A model generated the notes under the pieces. That model saw only the letters and a list, made by a program, of their open reading frames with translations, had not been told where the DNA came from and did no database searches. From positions 202,792 through 234,791 of the forward strand of contig JBAZMW010000002.1 of NCBI GenBank assembly GCA_041649575.1: 32,000 nucleotides of DNA, in the 5' to 3' direction. Each line of letters opens with the position of its first letter. The first letter of the stretch is position 1. The position numbers and the translations under genes are program-made. Origin of the DNA: Patescibacteria group bacterium. GTDB taxonomy: Bacteria > Patescibacteriota > Patescibacteriia > 2-01-FULL-39-33. Below, one piece after another: positions 22,240 through 30,787 of this stretch.

Positions 22240-23427
22240 TTATAGTTGACCGCTCTTGATCTTTTGCCTGATTTTTAACATCAAGCTTAAATAAAAATTC
22301 AGATTATTCAAAGTGGCCAGCCGCATTGCCAATGGCTCGTTGGTCTTAAATAGATGGTGCAGATAGGCCTTTGAATAATTTTTTAAATTAGTATCATTAA
22401 TTGGTGATAAATCTGTTTTATATCTAGAATTAAGAATATTTATTGTCTCATAAAAACCTTTATTAAATGTCATCGCGAGGGAGCGTAAGCGACCGTGGCG
22501 ATCCCGCGGAATTACCTCGCTGTGCCTTCTAGTCTCCGCTTGCAACGACAGCTTGCTGATATACAGTCTGCCGTGTCGCGCTTCCCTGGTGGGAATCACG
22601 CAATCAAACATGTCCACTCCCCTCATAACTGCCTCAATAATATTTTCTGGCGTACCCACGCCCATCAAATAGCGCGGTCTGTCTGCCGGCATCTGAAAAA
22701 TTAAATCATCCAAAACGCGGTACATTTCCTGATTGCTCTCGCCAACCGCCAAACCGCCGATAGCATAGCCGTCCCAGCTGAAATTTTTGTCTTCCAGGGC
22801 CACTAGTTCCTCCAGGCTCTCTTTTCTCAAATCGGCATATACTCCGCCTTGGATTATACAAAAAAATAGCTGTTTCACAAAGCTCCGGCTCTTGGGAGCC
22901 GTCCCAATGGCTCTAGCGGCCTGTTTTGCCCATTCTGACGTGAGTTTCACGGCTTTGAGTATCTCTGGCCTCTTGGCTGTCGCTGGCGGGCAAATGTCAA
23001 AAATCATAGCGATATCGGAGCCAATGATTTTCTGGATTGCCAAAACTTTTTTTGGAGTGAATAAATGTTTGGAGCCGTCCAAATGCGATCTGAACTCGAC
23101 TCCCTGGCTCAAAATTTTTCTAATTTTGGCCAGTGAAAAAACCTGAAAACCGCCGCTGTCCGTCAGAATCGGCCCGTCCCAATCCATGAATTTATGCAGA
23201 CCGCCCGCCCTTTTTATCACCTTCAGACCGGGAGTCAGGTACAAATGATAGGTATTGGATAAAATTATCTGTGCCCCTAACTGTCTCAAATCAGCCGCGG
23301 CCAAATTCTTGACAGCCCCCTTGGTGGCAATAGGCATAAAAAACGGCGTGACTATTTCTCCATGCGCCGTTTTCAGCCTGCCCAGTCGTGCCCGGGACTT
23401 CTTTGATTTTTTTATTAGCTTAAACAT
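22240..23427 (-). CDS. tgt: Queuine/preQ1 tRNA-ribosyltransferase (Tgt), atypical C-terminal subdomain
   Basis: TPFFMPIATKGAVK, LTDSGGFQVFSL, IGGLAVGES, GVGTPENI...GVDMFDCVIPTR. The zinc motif C-x-C-x2-C is absent and there is a ~35-40-aa insertion (see findings). Confidence 0.9.
   Translation of the reverse strand: MFKLIKKSKKSRARLGRLKTAHGEIVTPFFMPIATKGAVKNLAAADLRQLGAQIILSNTYHLYLTPGLKVIKRAGGLHKFMDWDGPILTDSGGFQVFSLAKIRKILSQGVEFRSHLDGSKHLFTPKKVLAIQKIIGSDIAMIFDICPPATAKRPEILKAVKLTSEWAKQAARAIGTAPKSRSFVKQLFFCIIQGGVYADLRKESLEELVALEDKNFSWDGYAIGGLAVGESNQEMYRVLDDLIFQMPADRPRYLMGVGTPENIIEAVMRGVDMFDCVIPTREARHGRLYISKLSLQAETRRHSEVIPRDRHGRLRSLAMTFNKGFYETINILNSRYKTDLSPINDTNLKNYSKAYLHHLFKTNEPLAMRLATLNNLNFYLSLMLKIRQKIKSGQL
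22468..22550. repeat. GC-rich imperfect palindromic element inserted in frame in tgt
   Basis: The arm TGTCATCGCGAGGG (22468-22481) matches the reverse complement of CCGCTTGCAACGACA (22536-22550) at 10 of 14 positions. Local G+C is far above the rest of tgt. Translates to ...RDRHGRLRSLAMT. Confidence 0.35.
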
Positions 23428-25406
23428 TATTCTACTATGCCGCTCAATTGCCCTAAAATCGGATCTTCAAAAGCAGTGGTCATGGCATTAACTGTCTTAT
23501 TGATGCTGGCGCCGGTATCCGTATCTTTGGCGGTAAGATTGATGCCGGAAACCAAAATCAAAATTCTTCCCAAATCCTCTTCTTTGGGTGTAATACTGAC
23601 GCTAAAACTGGCTTCCGTGTTCCTGGCGGTTTTGGCCAGACGAGAAATAATCCAGGTCACTTTATTGATACTGGAATCATAAATCAAATCACCCGTGTTA
23701 TGATCTTCTTTGTTTTCCCATTTAATATTTTTGGGCATTGTCGCGACGACCTTTATCTCCTCCACATTATGCAAATTATTGCTTAATTTTAGTCTGATGT
23801 TATAGCTTGATTTTTCTCCCACTTTGGGCTTAATCGGACCAGAGCCCAGAGGAATATTGTCTTCGTTATAATAACGCACCTGGGACAATAAATTTAAATC
23901 GGAATTAATGGAATTTACCACGGTTTTACTTTTAATGTTTGTCTGGCCGCTGGCTTCGCCGGTCTGCTCCATTTGAGCCTCCAAATAGTTTTCCACGCTT
24001 AAGGTGCTAATATTTTGATCGGTTACCGAAGAAGCGTCTTTGACTTTCAGCTGCCAGTTAATCGTTCCTTCTTCGCCCGGGCTCAATTTCAACAACTGGG
24101 GAATTTCTTTGCCGCTCCAGGTAATGGTGTCTTGACCCACCACTCCCTTTTTATTGTTTAAATTCAAGCTTTCCCAATCCAAAATTTGCGAATTAAAATG
24201 AGCAGTCAGCTTGATATTCTTCAAATCTCCCTGGCCAACATTTTTATAATTTAGAGAATAGACCAGTAAATCGCCAAAATTTATCGGCTGATCTTCGGCC
24301 GAACCGTTAATAATCAACTGCAAATTCAGTTGATCCTTCACAATAGTTGTCACGAGAGTTTGCTCGGCCTGAACATAAAGCTCGTCGTTTTTCTTTAGCT
24401 GGATTCTGACTTTGAATTCCCTGTTGCCGTCTTCAACCGTCGCTGAATAGTTGCCTTTTATTTTTATTTTCCCCTCCGCCTTGGCCTCCAACTCCTTGAT
24501 TTCCCAAAGATTATTATTGCCTTCTTTGGCTTCCGGTTCGGCCGAAGTCGCCACGAAACCCTCGGGGTAATCGACAACCATTTCCAAATCTGTCAATTTT
24601 TGTTCGCTTAAATTCTGATAAGTCAGTTCATACTCGATCTCTTGGTTGGCCAGGACTTTTTCCGGTCCGGCGAGGCTAAGGTTAACCAGCGAAGAAGCCA
24701 CTTTGGCATCGACCGCCGCCTCCTGTTTGAAAGTGGCGTTCATGTTGGCCGGCTTGAATTCCAAAACTCCCTTGAAAGTCAGATTGGAGTTAAGCGCCGC
24801 TACCGTTTTGCCTTTGATTTCTATTTTTTGAGTTTCCCCGACTTTCAATAAGCTGAACTCCCAAAGATTATTTTTTTCTCCTTTGGCGGCTGGGTTGGCC
24901 TCCAGATATTCGAAATTATCCGGATAAGTCAGCTCTAGGGTAGCGTTGTACAGATTGACATTTTCTTTGTTGGTTATCAAAACCGTGTAAACAGTTTCTT
25001 GGCCGGAAACCACCGTTAAGGGCGTTTCTATCTTAAAGCTAACTTTTTCATTGGAAAAATTATCTTGATTAAACTTGCTAAAAACCAGAAAGCCGGCTAC
25101 AGCCGCCACCAGCAATATAAACAAAACAATAATCAGAGAATAGATGACCGTTTTCCAGAAAGGCCGCTGTTCTTTGTCTAATCTGGTCAAATCGGGAATT
25201 CCACCGTCACCATCAACATAAACCTCGGTTAAGTCGCGTTGAATATTCTTGGATTTTTTTAATTTGTTTGACATTTTTTTAGGGTCTAGTTTCAATTTAT
25301 TTTTATTTATTAATTTGCTCTCTCCGCCCACTTGCTCGCCGACGGCTTTCTTAAAAAACTTTATCTCCGGCTGATCGGCTGGCTGATTTTTGAATTCTGA
25401 CTCCAT
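23427..25406 (-). CDS. Membrane-anchored surface protein with repeated DUF11/CARDB-like beta-sandwich domains
   Basis: N-terminal cytoplasmic tail plus one TM helix, then at least 4 repeats of the pattern ...Y.L.Y.N....L.......YP..F.......A....NNLWE...L...E...I.IKG. Confidence 0.7.
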   Translation of the reverse strand: MESEFKNQPADQPEIKFFKKAVGEQVGGESKLINKNKLKLDPKKMSNKLKKSKNIQRDLTEVYVDGDGGIPDLTRLDKEQRPFWKTVIYSLIIVLFILLVAAVAGFLVFSKFNQDNFSNEKVSFKIETPLTVVSGQETVYTVLITNKENVNLYNATLELTYPDNFEYLEANPAAKGEKNNLWEFSLLKVGETQKIEIKGKTVAALNSNLTFKGVLEFKPANMNATFKQEAAVDAKVASSLVNLSLAGPEKVLANQEIEYELTYQNLSEQKLTDLEMVVDYPEGFVATSAEPEAKEGNNNLWEIKELEAKAEGKIKIKGNYSATVEDGNREFKVRIQLKKNDELYVQAEQTLVTTIVKDQLNLQLIINGSAEDQPINFGDLLVYSLNYKNVGQGDLKNIKLTAHFNSQILDWESLNLNNKKGVVGQDTITWSGKEIPQLLKLSPGEEGTINWQLKVKDASSVTDQNISTLSVENYLEAQMEQTGEASGQTNIKSKTVVNSINSDLNLLSQVRYYNEDNIPLGSGPIKPKVGEKSSYNIRLKLSNNLHNVEEIKVVATMPKNIKWENKEDHNTGDLIYDSSINKVTWIISRLAKTARNTEASFSVSITPKEEDLGRILILVSGINLTAKDTDTGASINKTVNAMTTAFEDPILGQLSGIVE

Positions 25407-25432
25407 AAATAATAACTTTATTTATAATTGAT

Positions 25433-28201
25433 TTAAAAACTGAAACCGGCCCAAAAAAACGAATCGCCAGCCTGCTTGTCTTCGAAAACTATTTTTTGAT
25501 CTTCCCGGCTGGCGGCCGGATAAACGCCCACGGCCGAAAATTTATCAGGATAAACTACTTCGCTGACTATCTTAGCCTCGGGTTCACCTGATTGTTTTTG
25601 CACCAATAAACTATAGGAATCATAACTTTTTTCCGATCTGAATGCGGCTATGATTTTATCTTTCAAGCTCAATTTTTGCTCTTGCTTCGGTTGAGCAGCA
25701 ACGCCAACTTTAAACGGCAATTTATAAACCAAGAGGAAGTCTTTGCTTTCGCCCGGACTTACAATTGCCCAATTGCCAAAAACCGTTTTGTCTTTTTCGT
25801 TATAAATCCTGGTTTTGGATGACAGATCGTCGAAGGCAAACTGTTCATTTTTCAGATCCTCGTCTGATTTCAAATAATCCTCCGGTTTTTGAAATTCCTT
25901 ATCAGCTGGCCCGGCAAAACCAGCTGCTTTGATTAATTGGCTGCCTTGAGGCACATAGACCCTCAAATAAACTCGATTGGGCGCCGTGGTGAAATTTTCA
26001 TCTATCGGGCCGAAATGATGCCGGTTAATAATCACGCGATCAATCACCGAGCCGTCCGCCATAATCGAAGCCTGGTGATAGACCTCTTGTCTGATAGCGT
26101 TGTCTGTCTTACCGCCGCCGATGTTGGCCGCCACTACCTGCAAATAATCTTTGTCGGTGCTCTTTACTCGGCCGTCCCAATTATTTTGAGCGATAAATTT
26201 CTGCTGCTCTGCCTCGTTTAAATAAATTTGGATGTCTTTGCTTTTTAAGCCGTCATTTAAAACCGTGAATAATTCCGGTAACTTTTCCGGCGGAGCCTTG
26301 ACCAGGCCGTCAATTAACTGTGGCGCCAAATCGGCCAAAATCTCTTTGGGTTGTTTTTTGTCTTTGGCTTCAAGTTCGATACTTTTCTGAATTTCTTGCT
26401 CAAAGTTGGCGGCGCTAATCGTTTTGCTGTATTTAGCCAACTGAATTTCACCCAAAACCGCCAACAGCTTTCCCAGCCAGTCGGAATTAATCGCAATCAC
26501 GCCGTCAATCGTCGGGCCGCCGCTCTTATTATAAAACCAGGTTATTTTCTTGGCTGAAGTGGGCCAATCAGGCCACCAGTTAGCATCCTGAAACTCCCAA
26601 CGGCCATTGATTAACTGTAGCGGCTGCGGCGCCAAAACCAGCTGGTTTAAGCCGGCGCGCACATCATAAGTCCCGCCTTTGGGCAGATCAATTTTCTGAA
26701 TTTCTCCCGACTTGATATCCACCAAAGCAAAACTGCCCATGAAGCCGCCGGTGGCTCTGAGTTCGTTGTCGTTTTGAAAAACCAACAAATATCTCCGCAG
26801 AGAGTTGTCGCCCAAAAAATTAATTGCAAAATCAATGATTTTTTCCGAATCTTCCAGGCTCTTGATAAAAAGCGGTAATCTTTTTTGTAATTCATAAAAC
26901 TGTTCTCTGTTTTCGGCCGGTAAGTGTGCTATATTAACTTTCTTAAAATTTTCTTGAGCCAGTTTTAGCTTGGCCAGGGCCAATTTTTCCTCTAATTTAA
27001 AATTCTTAATCCGACTGGTCAGAGAAAAATCAGAATTTTCCGTTAATTGATTTAGCCCGGAAAGCAAATGTTCTCCGGCCTTGGACATGTTTTCTCCCAA
27101 AGCGAGCAGATTTTTGCCGCTCCTTAGGGTATTATTGGGCAGGGCGCCGGCCACCACCGTCAAAAAAGAACGGATGTCCTGGAGTTGATTCTGGGCTGAA
27201 ACAAAATTCTGATTAGCCGAAGCCAGACGATCTTCGGCGGTTTTGAAATTAAGATTCTTTATTTCGTCCTGGGCCAGCTTGAGATTGGCCAGGGCTTCGT
27301 CGGCTTGTCCCAAAACTTGTCCTTTGGTTTGTTTGATACTTTGCCAATAAGAAAAGCCCTTAATCGGCAAAACCACTGCCAAAGCCACCAGCGCAAATAA
27401 AACAAAGGTTTTAAAGAAAAATTGCCGTGGCCAAAAAGTAATTTTCGAACTGGCGATTAATTTTCGTTGTCGAATTTCTGACTCGAATAATTCCGGCGCT
27501 ATGGCCTTTTTGTCAGGCCAATTGCTGGCGACTCTTTCCGCCGGTAGCTCTTTGGCCGGCTCCGCCAAAAGCGTCGTTTTTTTATTATCAAAGCTGACTA
27601 CCTCGTCTTTTTTGAAAAACCACCCTTTTATAATGGCTCTGAAATATCTAATCAAGGAATAAAGATGAGTAAAAACTTTTTTTAATCCCAAAAACAAAAA
27701 AACTAAAAGATTGATCAAGGCTGTCTCCTGCCAGACGGTCAATCCTTTACCGGTTTCTAAGGAATGTCCCCTGCCGGCTAGCGGCAGTTTTGGAGAAAAA
27801 TCAACTTTTGTGAAAAATTTGCCGGTTAATTTTAAAAACTCGTCCTTGAAATCCTTGAAAATTTTTATTATTTCGCTGTTTTCTAGTTCTAAAAGCTGGA
27901 AAACACCCAATTTAAGCAAAAAATTTCCGCCCGGCAGATCTTGATAAAAAATTTGGCCGGTCTTGGTATTGGCTGCTGGTCTGACTTTTTCAATATATCT
28001 GGCTTGCGACAAATCAAGCATATGAGGCGAAAAATAAGCATCCAAGGGGCTATTAATCGCCTTGATGGCCACATTTTTTCCCGTTCTATTGTTAACGGCA
28101 ACCTTTTGATTTTTATTTTGTTTCAAAAGCAAACCTTTGACTGACGGCTGGGAAGCTGGCAGTTTCTTTTTCTTTGCTTTGTTTTTTGTTTGTTTTGTCA
28201 C
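25433..28201 (-). CDS. DUF4012 domain-containing membrane protein
   Basis: Signature LLVFQNDNELRATGGFMGSFALVDIKSGEI plus the downstream INSDWLGKLL region typical of DUF4012. TM helices in the N-terminal third. Confidence 0.75.
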   Translation of the reverse strand: MTKQTKNKAKKKKLPASQPSVKGLLLKQNKNQKVAVNNRTGKNVAIKAINSPLDAYFSPHMLDLSQARYIEKVRPAANTKTGQIFYQDLPGGNFLLKLGVFQLLELENSEIIKIFKDFKDEFLKLTGKFFTKVDFSPKLPLAGRGHSLETGKGLTVWQETALINLLVFLFLGLKKVFTHLYSLIRYFRAIIKGWFFKKDEVVSFDNKKTTLLAEPAKELPAERVASNWPDKKAIAPELFESEIRQRKLIASSKITFWPRQFFFKTFVLFALVALAVVLPIKGFSYWQSIKQTKGQVLGQADEALANLKLAQDEIKNLNFKTAEDRLASANQNFVSAQNQLQDIRSFLTVVAGALPNNTLRSGKNLLALGENMSKAGEHLLSGLNQLTENSDFSLTSRIKNFKLEEKLALAKLKLAQENFKKVNIAHLPAENREQFYELQKRLPLFIKSLEDSEKIIDFAINFLGDNSLRRYLLVFQNDNELRATGGFMGSFALVDIKSGEIQKIDLPKGGTYDVRAGLNQLVLAPQPLQLINGRWEFQDANWWPDWPTSAKKITWFYNKSGGPTIDGVIAINSDWLGKLLAVLGEIQLAKYSKTISAANFEQEIQKSIELEAKDKKQPKEILADLAPQLIDGLVKAPPEKLPELFTVLNDGLKSKDIQIYLNEAEQQKFIAQNNWDGRVKSTDKDYLQVVAANIGGGKTDNAIRQEVYHQASIMADGSVIDRVIINRHHFGPIDENFTTAPNRVYLRVYVPQGSQLIKAAGFAGPADKEFQKPEDYLKSDEDLKNEQFAFDDLSSKTRIYNEKDKTVFGNWAIVSPGESKDFLLVYKLPFKVGVAAQPKQEQKLSLKDKIIAAFRSEKSYDSYSLLVQKQSGEPEAKIVSEVVYPDKFSAVGVYPAASREDQKIVFEDKQAGDSFFWAGFSF

Positions 28202-28328
28202 CTGTCGGGACTTATATCTTTGCCTAAAATTAAAACTAATTTTTTAAAAACTATTTGATTTATTATAACACAAAAGCCTATTTTAAAACAACCAAATAAA
28301 AATCCATAGATAAAAAAATTTTCGGCTC

Positions 28329-28358
28329 TTGACATCAACTGGACTCCTGTATTATTAT
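28329..28358 (+). promoter_or_regulatory. Sigma70-type promoter of the 28.4-kb RNA
   Basis: TTGACA (28329-28334), then overlapping -10 candidates TTATTA (17-nt spacer) and TATTAT (18-nt spacer) at 28352-28358. On the strand opposite to all flanking genes. Confidence 0.6.
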
Positions 28359-28362
28359 GATC

Positions 28363-28541
28363 ATGGTGTTGCGACATCTCTTGCTGTTTGTGGAAACCCC
28401 ACGGAACCCGCGGACAGCAAGGGCGCCGTTCCACCTCCTTTCAGCCGAAGCCACGACGGTTTTCCCGCCTCACTAACAGCGTCAGTGTGAGATCCCCTCA
28501 CACCTGAAGTGGGGAGAAACCGTCGTGGCTCAAACTTTTTT
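28363..28541 (+). ncRNA. Candidate structured ncRNA of unknown family (~175 nt)
   Basis: Promoter as above. About 62% G+C in 28381-28440 versus 25% in 28201-28260 (hand counts). 9-bp helix 28379-28387/28414-22, 7-bp hairpin 28485-28503, 14-bp closing helix 28449-28462/28517-28530 followed by U6 (28536-28541). Its G.U pairs exist only on the plus strand. Confidence 0.55.
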
Positions 28542-29676
28542 ACGCTTCCGAAAAATATAAATTATAAACTCTTTCCGCGGCTAGGCGCCAAGAATACTTT
28601 TTCAGATTATCGGTGCCATTTTCTATCAGCCCCTGCCTTAAATCTTTATCAGTCAGAACTGAATTAATTTTTTCCGCTATCTCCTTGGTATTTTCCGGAT
28701 CAAAATAAACAGCGCTGTCGCCTAAAATTTCCGGCAGACAGCTTCTGTCAGAGCTTACTACCGCCAGCCCATAATTCTGGGCTTCGAGCGGCGGTAAACC
28801 AAAACCCTCGATTAGACTGGGAAAAACATACAGACTGGCGGTCCGATACAGACAGGCCAGTTTTTGGTCGTCAAGATAATCGGTAAAAATAATCTTTTGG
28901 ACTGCCTCGCCAACCTCTTTTTTTGCCCACTCCTTTAGTCTTTGATAAAAATAATTGTTTTTGCCCACCAGAACCAGCTGCAGATCCTTATGAGCTTCCC
29001 CGATTTTTGAAAAAGCCAGGATTAAATTTTCCAAATTTTTGTGCGGATAAGCCGAACCGACGTAAAGTAAAAACTCTTGACCAATTTTCAAATCAACCAG
29101 AACTTTTTGGCAATCGGCCTCTGGCCAGACCAATGGCAAGTCTACCCCCTCATAAATCACTTCTATTTTTCGCTCTTTGGTCTTTAATAATTTAACAATG
29201 TCGTCTTTGGTGTATTGCGATACGGCAATAATTTTTTTGGCCTTTCTGGCCGCCGCCTTGATTATCAGGTGATAAAAAAACAGTTTGACTTTGTGAACCA
29301 AAGGCGGCAGGGTGGTGGCGCGGCTCTGGGGATAATGGGAAATTATCAGATCGTGAATAGTGACAATAAAATCACCGCCGTAGAAGATCGGGACGTTAAA
29401 GTGCAAAAAATGCACCAAAGCTAATTGATGTTTCCTTAGTAACTTGGGGAAAAACAGCTGCTCACCAAGACTGTACGGCCGATAATCGGCCAAAACTTTT
29501 TGAAAATTTTTGTTTTGCGGCTGATAGTCATTAAAATTATCTGCTTGCAAAAAAACAAAATACTGATTTTTAGAATCCAGCTCTTCCAGTTGTTTGATAA
29601 TTTCCTGGCTATAACGGCCGATGCCGCCGTTTTTAGGGCCAAAAAGCCGCGCGTCTATGCCAATTCTCATATACAA
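28540..29676 (-). CDS. GT-B fold glycosyltransferase (CAZy GT4-like, 'group 1')
   Basis: C-terminal EGFGLPPLEAQNYGLAVV (E-x7-E type motif), N-terminal GGIGRY. Confidence 0.85.
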   Translation of the reverse strand: MYMRIGIDARLFGPKNGGIGRYSQEIIKQLEELDSKNQYFVFLQADNFNDYQPQNKNFQKVLADYRPYSLGEQLFFPKLLRKHQLALVHFLHFNVPIFYGGDFIVTIHDLIISHYPQSRATTLPPLVHKVKLFFYHLIIKAAARKAKKIIAVSQYTKDDIVKLLKTKERKIEVIYEGVDLPLVWPEADCQKVLVDLKIGQEFLLYVGSAYPHKNLENLILAFSKIGEAHKDLQLVLVGKNNYFYQRLKEWAKKEVGEAVQKIIFTDYLDDQKLACLYRTASLYVFPSLIEGFGLPPLEAQNYGLAVVSSDRSCLPEILGDSAVYFDPENTKEIAEKINSVLTDKDLRQGLIENGTDNLKKYSWRLAAERVYNLYFSEA

Positions 29677-29678
29677 AA

Positions 29679-30776
29679 TTATTTATTAAAAATATTCAAT
29701 ACCTCTTGAGCTGTTTTTTCCCAAGTAAACTCCTTTGCCCTCGTTAATCCCCTGTCGATCAGCAGCCTTCTTAGCCCTTCGTCGCCGAGCAACGACTCCA
29801 GCGCCAAGGAAATTTCTCTAACATTATAAGCATCCACTAGTAACCCGGCGTCGGCCACCACTTCCCCCTGCGAAGAATTGCCGCCGCCAATCACCGGACA
29901 GCCGCAAGCCATCGCTTCTAGTAGCGGCAAGCCGAAACCTTCGTAGTAAGAAGGGTAGACAAAAGCTCTGGCCAGACTGTAAAGCGCCGCCTTGTCTTCC
30001 TCGGCCACATAATCGAAAAACTTTATTTTATCGTTTCCTTTGGCTAATCGGTAGATTTCTCCGGTTTTCCAGCCGGCCGCTCCGGCGATGACCAGTTCTT
30101 CTTCCGCCGCCAGTAATTGATAGGCCCTGATTATGCCGGGCACATTCTTTCTGGGCTCCAGCGTTCCCAAATACAAAATAAACTTTTGCGGCAAATGATA
30201 TTTTGTTCTTACTCTTTCCTTGTCTTCAATCGAAGCCGGCGTCAGCTTAGTACCCAAATAAATCACTTTGATTTTTTCCTCTTTTATTTTTAATAATTCA
30301 ACCAGATCTTGTTTGGTATTGTCCGAATCGGCAAAAATGAGATCGGCCTGGTTGATAATTTTTTTCAAAACTATCAGCCAATGGCGCAACCGGCTCCGGA
30401 GCGTGAAAAATTCCGGACAACGCAAAAAAGACAAATCATGAACCGTAATCAGCCTGCTGGTCTTTTGGCTTAGGGCGATAAAATGTAAGTTGGGCACAAA
30501 AAAAACTTCTGTCCCGCCGATTAATTTGTCAATTTTGGGCCAATTGCCAAAATTGACAGCCAGATTAAATAATTTATTGGGAAAACGAAAACCGCGGTAG
30601 CCAATATTGGCCTGGTCAAACTTGGGCAGAAAAACTTTTTTTGAAGAATTATAAAAAAGCTGGTATTCATTTTTTTGGTCCAATTTAAATAGATTTTCGA
30701 GCAAATTGAAAGTATACCAGGAAACGCCCGAATATTCCTGTTGCATTAGACAACGAACATCTACGCCGATTCTCAT
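29679..30776 (-). CDS. GT-B fold glycosyltransferase (GT4-like)
   Basis: YPSYYEGFGLPLLEAMACGCPVI motif. 2-nt gap to the next gene. Confidence 0.85.
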   Translation of the reverse strand: MRIGVDVRCLMQQEYSGVSWYTFNLLENLFKLDQKNEYQLFYNSSKKVFLPKFDQANIGYRGFRFPNKLFNLAVNFGNWPKIDKLIGGTEVFFVPNLHFIALSQKTSRLITVHDLSFLRCPEFFTLRSRLRHWLIVLKKIINQADLIFADSDNTKQDLVELLKIKEEKIKVIYLGTKLTPASIEDKERVRTKYHLPQKFILYLGTLEPRKNVPGIIRAYQLLAAEEELVIAGAAGWKTGEIYRLAKGNDKIKFFDYVAEEDKAALYSLARAFVYPSYYEGFGLPLLEAMACGCPVIGGGNSSQGEVVADAGLLVDAYNVREISLALESLLGDEGLRRLLIDRGLTRAKEFTWEKTAQEVLNIFNK

Positions 30777-30787
30777 GGTTTTGATTT

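Noticed and set aside
23427-25406. Internal repeats of the DUF11-like surface protein, considered as a diversity-generating retroelement target or recent tandem DNA repeat
   Set aside because: The repeats are divergent at the DNA level (a protein-level domain repeat only). No reverse transcriptase and no template repeat exist in the window.
28198-28434. 78-aa minus-strand ORF (MERRPCCPRVPWGFHKQQEM...) spanning the 28.4-kb GC-rich region
   Set aside because: The GTG start directly abuts the SD-like GGAGG with no spacer. The composition flips from GC-rich to AT-rich mid-ORF. The region has a plus-strand promoter, a terminator and plus-strand-specific G.U pairs. It is better explained as an RNA locus plus spacer.
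28363-28476. Possible leaderless 37-codon ORF (MVLRHLLLFVETPRNPRTARAPFHLLSAEATTVFPPH) starting at the predicted TSS of the 28.4-kb RNA
   Set aside because: The ATG position relative to the -10 box is only approximately right. The peptide is Pro/Arg-rich with no recognisable feature, and the segment is almost entirely base-paired. It is treated as non-coding unless translation is shown.
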